The notes beneath the pieces were generated by a model. It ran no database searches, was not told the origin of the DNA, and saw only the letters and a program-made list of their open reading frames with translations. The translations under genes were made by a program, and so were the position numbers. From contig NW_026866839.1 of the NCBI RefSeq assembly GCF_026571515.1, forward strand, positions 1 through 64,000: DNA of 64,000 bases, given 5' to 3'. This document shows positions 40,527 to 50,799 of the stretch, in pieces. Position 1 is the stretch's first letter. The number at the start of each line of letters is the position of its first letter. This DNA is from Ruditapes philippinarum. Lineage: Eukaryota.

Positions 40527-40599
40527 CAGCCTGACCGGGACTCGAACCCGGGACCCTCGGAATACCGTACCGCGGCTCTACCGACTGAGCTATCCGGCC
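40527..40599 (-). ncRNA. tRNA-Lys(UUU)-derived tRNA-like sequence in the TRIM LTR (repeated at ~40778-40850, ~41028-41100, ~41279-41351); not a decoding tRNA
   Basis: GGCCGGATAGCTCAGTCGGTAGAGC...GAGGGTCCCGGGTTCGAGTCCCGGTCAGGCTG. A box, B box, D arm and T arm are intact. The anticodon arm is mismatched and lacks U33. T5 run lies 4 nt downstream. Confidence 0.75.
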
Positions 40600-41235
40600 G
40601 CTTACACATCTTCTCTCCCTATATAGTGAACAGTTCTGAACCGTGACATACTCCCCTGCTATATTGAAATTCATCCTCGAATTTCTAAGGTTACAGAGCA
40701 ATGTGAATTAAACTCTAAGCTATATTCAGTCACGGTCCCCCTTTGGGCACCACATGTCACAGGGTGAGAAAAACGTGCAGCCTGACCAGGACTCGAACCG
40801 GGGACCTTCGGAATACCGTACTGCGGCTCTACCGACTGAGCTATCCGGCCGCTTACACATCTTCTCCCCTAAATAGTGAACAGTTCTGAACCGTGACATA
40901 CTCCCCTGCTATATTGAAATTCGTCCTCGAATTTCACAGAGTTACAGAGCAATGTAAATTAAACTCTGAGCTATATCAGTCACGGCCTCATGTTGGGCGC
41001 CAAATGTCACAGGGTGAGAAAAATGTGCAGCCTGACCGGGACTCGAACCCGGGACCCTCGGAATACCGTACTGCGGCTCTACCGACTGAGCTATCCGGGC
41101 GCTTACACATCTTCTCCCCTATATAGTGAACAGTTCTGAACCGTGACATACTCCCCTGCTATATTGAAATTTGTCCTCGAATTTCACAGAGTTACAGAGC
41201 AATGTGAATTAAACTCTGAGCTATATTCAGTCACG

Positions 41236-41253
41236 GCCCCACGTTGGGCGCCA
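41236..41253 (-). other. 18-nt primer-binding site complementary to tRNA-Lys(CUU) 3' end (second perfect copy at 41487-41504)
   Basis: TGGCGCCCAACGTGGGGC is the known Lys1,2 PBS and sits 2 nt after the LTR-terminal CA. Confidence 0.9.
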
Positions 41254-41552
41254 AATGTCACAGGGTGAGAAAAATGTGCAGCCTGACCGGGACTCGAACC
41301 CGGGACCCTCGGAATACCGTACCGCGGCTCTACCGACTGAGCTATCCGGCCGCTTACACATCTTCTCCCCTAAATAGTGAACAGTTCTGAACCGTGACAT
41401 ACTTCACCACAATATTGAAATTTGTCCTCGAATTTCACAAAGCTACAGTGCAATGCTAATGGAACTCTGAGCTATAAGCAGTCACGGCCCCACGTTGGGC
41501 GCCAAATGTCACAGGGTGAGAAAAATGTGCAGCCTGACCGGGACTCGAACCC

Positions 41553-41797
41553 ATGACAACAGCTCTCGCTAAAAGTTCTCATTTCTTGTGCGCATGCGTA
41601 AAGGTTAGCGTGACCGAATTCAAAAATGAAGTGAATGAGGCCCGTCAACGTGTTACAGGTCAAATGAAGTTATTAGTATGAAGTTGAATAATGATATGAA
41701 TGATTGAAAAAGAGACGATAGGGGAATCATGGGAATGATATAGAGTATGGGTATGAATTACAGAGTATTCTAGCAAAGACAAAATGACCCTGTGACA
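41553..41797 (-). repeat. Truncated Gypsy 3' LTR (U3 side), preceded on the minus strand by PPT ggcggggaagta (41798-41809)
   Basis: 41556-41797 matches 50558-50799 with one substitution seen (gttattagta vs gttataagta). Confidence 0.9.
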
Positions 41798-42837
41798 TAC
41801 TTCCCCGCCAAGGATAAAATGGCGTCCCGACATTTTCAACTCATAAACAAAAATTACTGATACCTGCATATATATCAAAAACCATACTGTCTAACTACAG
41901 TAGAACTAATACTAAGGACATGGGACTCGTTAAAGTACTTCTGTCCTAACAGTGAAATTACCAATAAAGGTAATGTATACTGCTTGAAAATGCTGTAAGG
42001 CATTAACAACCAGAAAAGTGCCCGAAGCACTGTTGGGAATGGTGAACGCGTTCTTTGGGATTGTGAACCATGCACGTTAGTACACTGACTCATCTACAAA
42101 ACTGTAGAACTTGTGTTATGTTTTCACATTACACAATATTCAAAGTAACTCTTTCAGAGTAAATAAAATTTGTCAAATTTCTTTGAAGAAATTTTACAAA
42201 TCGGTTAAATACAAACCATACTTACAAATATATATGACGAAACCCTACACTCATATGATAACACATATGAATAAACACTAATCTCAAACATCAGTAAACC
42301 AACACTGACAATTTGAAATAAAGATTAATATACAAAACTCAACTGAAACAATTTATTGTTCTCATCTTTTGTAAAACAATTTACAAAAAATGACAAAATC
42401 AAATTTGACATCTGCCTGAGAATCTGTACTACCGTTTCCTACTCAAATTCCAATCATCAGTCATCCAGCGCCCCACTGTGTTCCTCAGATGTATGTCTAT
42501 GTTGTTTCATACTGTTTTGGTGACACTTTTGCTTGTGTCCCTTGTTGTTTTCTCGTCTACGGTAAGTATCTTCCCCATTGCCTCTAGTTTTTATTTCTTT
42601 GATTAACCCCCCCCCCCTTCCCCCGGTCTCCTGTCCCTTTCCCCTTTGTGGGCCTATTATTATTTTCTTTGAATTCCTAATCAGTTACAAATTATTTATC
42701 ATTTAATGATTAACGTGTCGTTGCCCTGTCCTTTTTATGTTTGGGGTCCGCCTGGGCTCCTTGCCATTGGTTCTTGTTGCTGGGTCATATGGGGGTTGCG
42801 TTCATTGAACGCCGCCTTTCCTTGTTGATCTTGTTTT

Positions 42838-45800
42838 TCATATTTTCTCTCTTACTCTAGAAGTTCTTCGTGGAAGAAAAGGTGGAGCTTCCGGTCTTAA
42901 CAAACTATTACCTGTACGTCTTGCAGGAATTACATACTTATCAGATTCCGCGGATACGACTGATGGATTGTCTGAAATAGAGGTTTTAATGGAAGTACTC
43001 GAAGACTCAGAAGATTTAGGTGCTGCTGTGTCTGAAAAGGAAAGAGAATTGACAGGAGAACTTTGTTGAAAATTACCATTACTGGGAGAGTGATGTGACA
43101 GTCGTTTCGGTTCCTGTAGCGGGAGACCCATGAACGAAAGTAGCATATTACGGTGAAGTAATTTTGGTGCATCATCACTATCTTCCGGCTTAACCTGAAA
43201 TATAGGTAAATCTAGGTTAGGCTGATCAACTACAATGTAGATAGTTTTACTCCAACGATTAGCTAACTTACACTTGCCTTTTAAACCAACGTTTCTCACC
43301 AATACACGGTCACCTGGAACAAGGCGTACTTCCCGAACACGCAGATTGTAACGCTTCTTGTGTCGTTTCGCTTGACGTTTCGCCTCACGACTAGCAACTC
43401 TGTAAGCGAAATTCAAGCGCTTCCTTAAGCCTTCAACAAATTCAGCTGGCTTCTTGGTGTGAAAAGAAATGTCTGGGTCGATCCCGAGGAAAGCGTCTAA
43501 TGCAAGGCGAGGATGGCGCCCAAACATAAGAAAATGTGGTGTCAGACCTGTCGTCTCATGCCGAGTTGAGTTGTATGCATGTACTAGAGCTGGTACATGA
43601 GCTTTCCAATTCAGCTTCTTTTTATCCTCCAAAGTACCTTGCATATTCAGAAGTGTCTGGTTGAATCTTTCAGGCATTCCGTTACCCTGGGGATGATAAG
43701 GCGTAGTCCTAGACTTAGTGATGTTAGCAAGCTGACATAACTCCTTAATAACCGCTCCATCAAAATTCCTGCCTTGATCACTATGTAGGCGACTGGGGAA
43801 ACCATAATGACAAATGAAATTATCAAAAAGTGCTTTCGCCGTGGTGCGTGCCGTTTGGTTCCTAGTCGGTATGGCTTGTGCATAATGGGTAAAGTGATCA
43901 GTGATTACTAACACGTTCTCATATCCACCTGCTAACATCTCTAAGGTCAAAAAGTCCATGCAGACAAGCTCTAGAGGATAAGAAGAATGGATTGGAATAA
44001 GTCCTGCAGAAGTTGACAAAGGTGTTTTCCGCCGAATACAACGAGGACACTTCCGTACTCGAGTTTCAACAAAACCATCTAAACCTGGCCAAAAGAAACG
44101 AGATTTGATGAGGGAATTGGTTCTGTCAATACCTTGATGTCCGGCATTGTCATGGAGACCAGTGAAAAACCATATCCTTAAATGAGTCTGGCAGAAACAA
44201 GCTGATCTACGGGATGATTACATACCTGACCATGACGATAAAGTATACCATCCTTGATAAAAAGACTGGGCCACTCTCGAAGGTATTGACGAACAGATTC
44301 AGTTTCCCGTGAAGAAAGTCTTCTAGTTGGTTTATGACCAGTAGAAAAGATCTGTATAAACCTTGAAATTGTAGGATCTTTTGTCTGTTCCAGCTTCCAA
44401 TCAACATCACTAAGGTAGTCTGATGAAACATCAGTAGTTATGTCAACAACTTTCTGACTCATAGAGATACATTCAACAGCAGGTAATTCCTTAATATACA
44501 TACAACCTTGTATAATAGCCTTGACAGCGTCATTGAAAACCACAGTTTCAGATGAATTAGGAACTCTTGAAAGAAAGTCTGCATCTATGTTTGAACGTCC
44601 AGCACGATACTGTAAGGTGAAGTTGAAAGATGCTAACGCAGCTAACCATCTATGTGAAGTTGCATCTAGTTTGGCGGAAGAGAGCACATACGTTAATGGG
44701 TTGTTATCTGTACGAACTTTGAAGGAGTTACCATACAAATAATCGTTAAATTTGTCAACAACAGCCCATTTCAACGCAAGAAACTCTAACTTATGAGCAG
44801 GATAATTTCGCTCATTAATACGTAACCCTCTGCTGGCGTAGGCGATTACGCGTTCTTGACCGTCCTGCTCCTGATAGAGGATCGCTCCTAAACCGGAAGT
44901 ACTTGCATCGATGTTCAAGATGAACGGCATTGTAAAATCGGCATAGCCAAGAATAGGAGGAGTAGTCAACTTCTCAATGAGTTGTTCATATGCCTCTTGT
45001 TGATCTGAATTCCAAGTCCAAGTAGCTGCATCCTTCTTACTCTTACCTTTAGTGTTTGTCGGGTGTCCAGCAAGGAGGTCATTCAAAGGCTTGGCTATAC
45101 TAGCATAACCGGGAACAAAACGACGATAGTAGCCGGTAAAACCTAAAAAACTGCGAAGATCCTTAAGACACTTCGGAACGGGCCACTCCTTCAAAACTCT
45201 GGTCTTCTCCGGGTCAGTCTCCACTCCGTCAGCACTAACAACATGACCGAGATATGTGACACGAGGGAGGAAAAACTCACACTTGCTGCCTTTAAGCTTC
45301 AAACCAGCTTCCTTGAGGCGTTGAAAAACAGCATCAAGTCGTTTAAAGTGCTCATCTAACGTCTTGGAATAAACGATGACGTCATCCAAATAAATCAAAC
45401 ACTCCTTTAGATGAAGTTCCCCCATACATCTTTCCATCAGGCGCTGGAAGGTGGCGGGAGCGTTGGTTAGTCCGAATGCCATCCTTTCACACTCATAAAA
45501 ACCAAGTGGGCCGACCGAAAAAGCAGTCTTGGGCTTGTCAGACTCCTTCATGGCAACTTGCCAGTAACCCGATCGTAGGTCAAGTTTGCTGAAGATTTTG
45601 GAACCTGCGAGGGAATCAATGGTTTCATCAATCCTTGGCAAAGAGTAGGCATCAGTAACTGTCCGACTATTCAACTTTCTGAAGTCTATGCAGAACCTGA
45701 GCGAATTGTCTTTCTTGCGAACAAGGACGACGTTACTTGAGAAAGGGCTTTTGGATTCCCTAATGGCTCCTGCAGCAAGCATATCTTGGAGATGTTCCCT

Positions 45801-46829
45801 AACCTCTTCATACATACCAGGAGGGATGCGACGATAGGGGTCCTTGAAAGGCTGTGGATCAGTCAAGTTGATCTCATGCTCAACAAGATTAGTGCAGCCA
45901 AGGTCTGTAATACCAGTAGAAAATATACCTTTCCATTTCTCGAGGAATTGTGTAGCGTCTCTAAGATGATCTTGTAATAAAGTGCTCTTGGATAAGTCTA
46001 CTCCTAAATCTGCCAAAGACATATCTTTAGTACTGATATTAGACGATGTGGCTTCCAAAGGGTCAACTGATCGAACAACTTTCACATCTTGAAGAAGGCA
46101 GATTGAACTTTTAGGCATGATACGAACAGGTCTGACACTCATGTTACAAATGCGAACCGGAACTTTAGAGAAGGAACGGCTAGGGTCAACTTCAACAAGG
46201 CGAGGGCAAACATTGAAAGAGTGCAAGTTCTCATCATCCTCTGTAACACCATGTCTAATGGAATGACTTCCACGAACAATACCTGGAACAGTACAAACCT
46301 GAAAAGGCTGAATATACATAGGTCTGGTGATAAAAGCCTTCACCTGAACTGCAGTGTTATCCGGAATAGAAGAAAAGACTTCACCCCATGGAGATGGAAC
46401 TGAATCTGGTGTGGTAATACATCTCTTGTAGTGGCTAGTAACATTAGTACCAATAATAAGAGGTATAGACTTGGAATAAGAAGTATCAGGTACTATCAAC
46501 ACAGGAACAGAGACAACAGAATCTGAAGAAAGACAAGGAACAGAAATATCCAGGATAGAGTAACCAATATAAGGAATAGATGAATCATTTGCTCCTTTGA
46601 CACAGAAATCAGAAATACTCAACAGCTCTGGACAAGGATCTAAAGATGTAAAGTAAGAATGAGCAAGAGTTGTGACCATAGAACCAGAGTCTAAAAGTGC
46701 TGTAGCAGGGCATCCATTAACAAGAACATCTGTTTCATTGGAATGTCCAACCAAAGGGATACTTGGTGGGCCTCTCTGACTGGGCGGTCCTCCTACTGGC
46801 CCTTTGGTGGAGGAGCCTGCTGGTTTAAA
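42838..46829 (-). pseudogene. pol: Gypsy pol (protease, RT, RNase H, integrase), frameshifted between RNase H/tether and the integrase zinc finger
   Basis: PR 'ALLDSGS', RT 'LRFCIDFRKLN...YLDD', RNase H 'IDASTSGLGAIL...LEFLAL...TDNNPL', IN 'HSDQGRNF...PQGNGMPERFN'. Two single-T insertions at ~44196 and ~44166 break 'QLVLPDSFKDMVFTGLHDNAGHQG'. ORFs 44178-46754 and 42838-44019. Confidence 0.93.
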
Positions 46830-48147
46830 GGCTTATCTGTCTTGGATGGGGTAGCAGAGTTAGAACTTGATGGTGGTTGCGGCTCTGTCTCTTGACTTCG
46901 GATGTCAGTACCTCTACCTCGCCATCGGTTCCCATCTGACCTATACCTATTCTTCTTGACATCATCAAGGTCTCTTTCAATGCGAGTGACTCTGCTGTTC
47001 AATGTCTTCAACTGAGCTGTAACATCCTGTAACTCCTGTAAAATTTTGGATTCAACAGAGGTGTTACACTGTCTTACATCCTGCACTTTGGACCTGTCTG
47101 AAGAATTAGAAGGAAAAGAAGAAGTAGAAGAAGTGGAAGATCTATCCCTGGTAAAGGTACCTGATGATTTAACTCCTTGTTGAGCCAACTTCATCTCCTC
47201 TTCAACAAGTCGCAACTCTCGCCTAAACCTTGTATAATCAAGTTCTGCCTCAAACTTGTACCTTGTGGCGTTCTTCAAATCCTGGTTCCTTAGTCCAGAC
47301 CACAATCTGTTCCTCAACATGTCATCCCGTGTCTTTCTATCGAGTGTGATTTGGGAATCAACAAGAAGATGTTCCAATCGAAGACTATAGTCGACAATTG
47401 ATTCACCCTCCCGTTGACTTGCAGAGTAGAATTGCTCTTTCAGCCTCTCTGTTGATGCCACATTACCATAAGTTGCATCCATTTCTCGAACGATTTCATC
47501 CACAGTCGCCCACTCCCCAAGATGTAACAAAACTGATCTGGCCTTCCCACGCAGACTGCGCCGAATCGATTCCAAAATGGAATGTTCAGAATACATACCG
47601 CTTTTGAGAATACAGTTGACTTCATACTTCCAAACAACAAATTCCACATCTTCTTTCTTCAATTCCCTGAAAACTGAGGTAATTTAGGAAGTCTCTGTGG
47701 TGGAAAATTGTAAGGACTGCTATAAGAATCATGCTGTGGGAGAGAAGCAGATCTGGGAAAGGATTGTGATAATTCTTCAAACTCAGGCCTAGAATAATAA
47801 TCAGATTTTCTGGGCAAGCTTGAGCCAAGAGGGGTGGAATCGAAATCAGGACGAAAAGAAACACGACTCTGACGCCTATCAACAAAGGGTGACGGGGCAC
47901 TTTCATGAATAGAATGCAACCTATGAGGAGATAACACAGGAGGAGAACGATCACGATGTCTATGTCGGGACTCCCTATTAGGTGTATGTGTATCAGGATC
48001 AGCATCAGTGGAGAGTGAACGTCTATCAGTTCTAGGTTGCACTGTATCAACAGTATAACCAGAACTCAAAACACGTCTCTAACAATATTCCAGATCTAAC
48101 TCATCACGACTATCTTTTCCTCTAGGTGTGGTATCGTCATTATCCAT
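46793..48147 (-). pseudogene. gag: Gypsy gag (PNMA-like capsid), disabled
   Basis: 'LPKLPQFSG/KKEDVEFVVWKYEV...IRRSLRGKA...Q.EGESIVDYSLRLE' is typical of PNMA/Gypsy gag. 1-nt deletion at ~47665. In-frame TAG between the ATG at 48147 and ORF 47659-48069. Confidence 0.85.
46823..46829 (-). other. Putative -1 ribosomal frameshift heptamer T TTA AAC joining gag to pol
   Basis: X XXY YYZ heptamer at the gag end. The -1 frame is open for 25 codons into the protease ORF at 46754, and GC-rich sequence follows. Confidence 0.7.
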
Positions 48148-49421
48148 ATTGATAATAACTGACATAACGTGTCAACAAATCAACAACAACAACTTAGACT
48201 GATCAAAATAAATAAAATGAAGGGCACTTCTTACTTGAAATATTATTCCAAATAAAAACTTTCAAATGAAAATAGATAAACTCAACTAATACACAAAAAT
48301 AAATTTTTGTTCACAAGATGGCATACATTGTACACCATACACAAATATTGCAATTGAAATTTGTAATGGTAATATGTATATCTAGCAGAATTTACACACC
48401 AGATGAATTTTATTTACCAAAGACAATTCAGGCCTTCAGTAAATGAATAATTAAAACACACAAAAATGATGTCCCATATTGTACACCATATAATTTTTTT
48501 TCTTTACAAACAAAATAAATATCACATAAATAAACTTTCAAATTTGCAGCTTTTATGTGCACCAATTAAATGTCTGTAAATGCAAGCACTATATTCAATG
48601 CTGGTAATTCCTTTACACTGTACTAACTTCTATAGTTTTCCAATGTGAGAATGTATGCAATATATAAATATCAAGTCCAGTACTGTATCCAACTTGTAAT
48701 AAAATTGATTGGATTTCACCTACCAAACAATTCACAAGGGAAATTCAAATAACAATGAAGACAATATATGCACACACTACTTTCATATGACTGCTATTCC
48801 CAAATGTCTTCAATAATCACTTGATTTAATTCAAACTAGAGCACAATGTTTCATGTACTTTCCTGGCTAAACCAGTACTGTAAAATTCACAACAACAAGG
48901 ATTCAATTGTACCACACTATAATACCTGGTCCAACTAGTTGCGGAAAATTACTTCAATTTCCAATCTTCTCCGGAAAACTGCATTCAAAAACCCGAGAAA
49001 AGTCTAAACAAAATACAATTGTCACTGCAAGTACACCGCAATTGTAAAATGTTTTGTTTTTATTTCAAAAACAGTTCAATTTTAAATAAATGGAACAATT
49101 TTATACACGGACTAGAATATTTAAATAATATAAGAGATTTTATCAAAGGAGTATCTAATCCCTGTGATAAAATGTCAATTATTTTATAGTATTTCTTGTA
49201 TTTTGATATTTATTAGGCTTTCACTGTTATGACAGAAGTACCAACAAGTTGAACTAAACTATCATTACACTACAAGACTACATTACTGACTTTTTCATAC
49301 TCAGGCACCTAATACAAAACATTTTCCAAAGACACATAAATTTTATGAAGTGTATGTGAGCCGCCAAAAGATTAATTAATTAATAAAGCTTCCAAAATTA
49401 AATTTCTTCCAAAGATGAAAT

Positions 49422-49460
<39 letters not shown>

Positions 49461-50268
49461 GGTAATAGTACAAAAGTATGTCACAAGCTTTTCAATAAAG
49501 TGGACTGTTAAAGTGGGGATGTCTTACAGGAGTATAGTAAGAATAAGACAATACAGATGGTAAAATGGAAAGAAATGGCTTCTAAAGTATACATGTAGTA
49601 TCAGGGACCAGAAGAAAGATATGAAATGGTTATCTCACCAATCACCAGTTACCAAAATGAAAATGTATTAATGCAATGAAATCTGTTATTCTGTTAATGT
49701 AGTGCTCAGTGCCAAGGTTGACTTCCACACAATACACACAACTTCAATGCCAAACAACCTGTCAAATATAAACAATAACTGTAGAAATCTATGACAGTGA
49801 AGAAAAATATACAATGAACAATTCTTAGATGGTAACTACAAAGGATTTTAAGAAATGTTATATAAATCAATATATCTAAAGGTTAAATCACTAATTAATG
49901 TCATTCAAGTCAATGTTTATCACTGTAATCTCCTTCCAATAAAAATGTAAACAAAATGTCCAGAGGTAGAATCCAACGTTGAAAAATAAAGAAATCCTGG
50001 TCTGTTGAGTTTATGCACTAGTGTTTCAATGTAGAGTACTGTATATTAATTAAAGAGGCCTATATTTACTTTAGAAAGCTTTCATTTGATTGTTAAAACA
50101 AAATATAAAATTTTCGATACAACATGATGGACGGATTTCCTTGTTGACATTCACTATGTGACGTAAGCAGGGTTTCCCAATTCTCATTGGCTGATACAAG
50201 CGGGGAGAAAATCCACCCGAACTGAGTTCGTCCTCAACTGTTTCGCACCAAAACGTCCCAAATGTAAC

Positions 50269-50279
50269 ACTGGCCACCA
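50269..50279 (-). other. Gypsy primer-binding site TGGTGGCCAGT (tRNA-Ile(AAU)-like)
   Basis: Lies 2 nt after the LTR end (..CCGTGACA-TT-TGG). 11-nt complement to tRNA-Ile 3' ends of the ...ACTGGCCACCA type. Confidence 0.65.
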
Positions 50280-50281
50280 AA

Positions 50282-50799
50282 TGTCACGGATATACGTGAG
50301 TTCTCACTCGGGAGGATAGGGCGTTCAAAGAGGAACCTGTAAATATATTGTTGGCACACAATAAAATAGAATACGGAGTCAATGAAAAAAACAACAGCTC
50401 TCGCTAAAAGTTCTCATTTCTTGTGCTATTGATAATTCCAAGCGAAATACATACACATATCATAGTAATTCATGTTTACAATGTTTTATAACCTCAAATA
50501 TACCTGTAAATATATTGTTGGCACACAATAAAATAGAATACGGAGTCAATGAAAAAAACAACAGCTCTCGCTAAAAGTTCTCATTTCTTGTGCGCATGCG
50601 TAAAGGTTAGCGTGACCGAATTCAAAAATGAAGTGAATGAGGCCCGTCAACGTGTTACAGGTCAAATGAAGTTATAAGTATGAAGTTGAATAATGATATG
50701 AATGATTGAAAAAGAGACGATAGGGGAATCATGGGAATGATATAGAGTATGGGTATGAATTACAGAGTATTCTAGCAAAGACAAAATGACCCTGTGACA
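50282..50799 (-). repeat. Gypsy 5' LTR (518 bp) with internal 92-bp direct duplication
   Basis: TGTCAC...GTGACA ends. 50335-50426 is repeated at 50502-50593. Confidence 0.88.

Larger units (their letters stand above)
40504..41552 (-). mobile_element. Tandem array of tRNA-containing TRIM units (Helenus-like): 4 full ~145-bp LTRs + 1 partial, period ~251 bp
   Basis: Unit boundaries at 40504, 40755, 41005, 41256 and 41507. On the minus strand each reads PPT (agcaggggagta) - TGTCACGG...tRNA-like...CCCTGTGACA - TT - PBS TGGCGCCCAACGTGGGGC - ~75-nt spacer. Confidence 0.88.
40504..50799 (-). mobile_element. Composite LTR retroelement insertion: Ty3/Gypsy element fused to a TRIM tandem array
   Basis: TSD CAAG at 40500-40503 and 50800-50803; the empty site is visible at 8552 in unit A. 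Termini TGTCACAGGGT...ACCCTGTGACA. Contains gag-pol, PBS, PPT and LTRs. Confidence 0.95.

Noticed and set aside
40527-40599. TRIM encodes its own reverse-transcription primer
   Set aside because: The 3' end of the tRNA-like sequence (..CCGGTCAGGCTG) is not complementary to either PBS; the TRIM PBS matches host tRNA-Lys(CUU).
40504-41552. CRISPR-like array or cluster of functional tRNA genes
   Set aside because: Units are near-identical throughout, with no unique spacers and no cas genes. The tRNA-like parts lack U33 and a proper anticodon stem, and they sit inside TG...CA LTRs with PBS/PPT.
41810-42837. env or accessory ORF in the Gypsy 3' region (also checked the 2.1-kb leader, 48148-50268)
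   Set aside because: Only short ORFs with no recognisable motifs.
40504-50799. DNA transposon defined by 11-bp terminal inverted repeats
   Set aside because: The inverted ends are LTR termini of two different LTR elements; the interior is gag-pol with PBS/PPT and no transposase.
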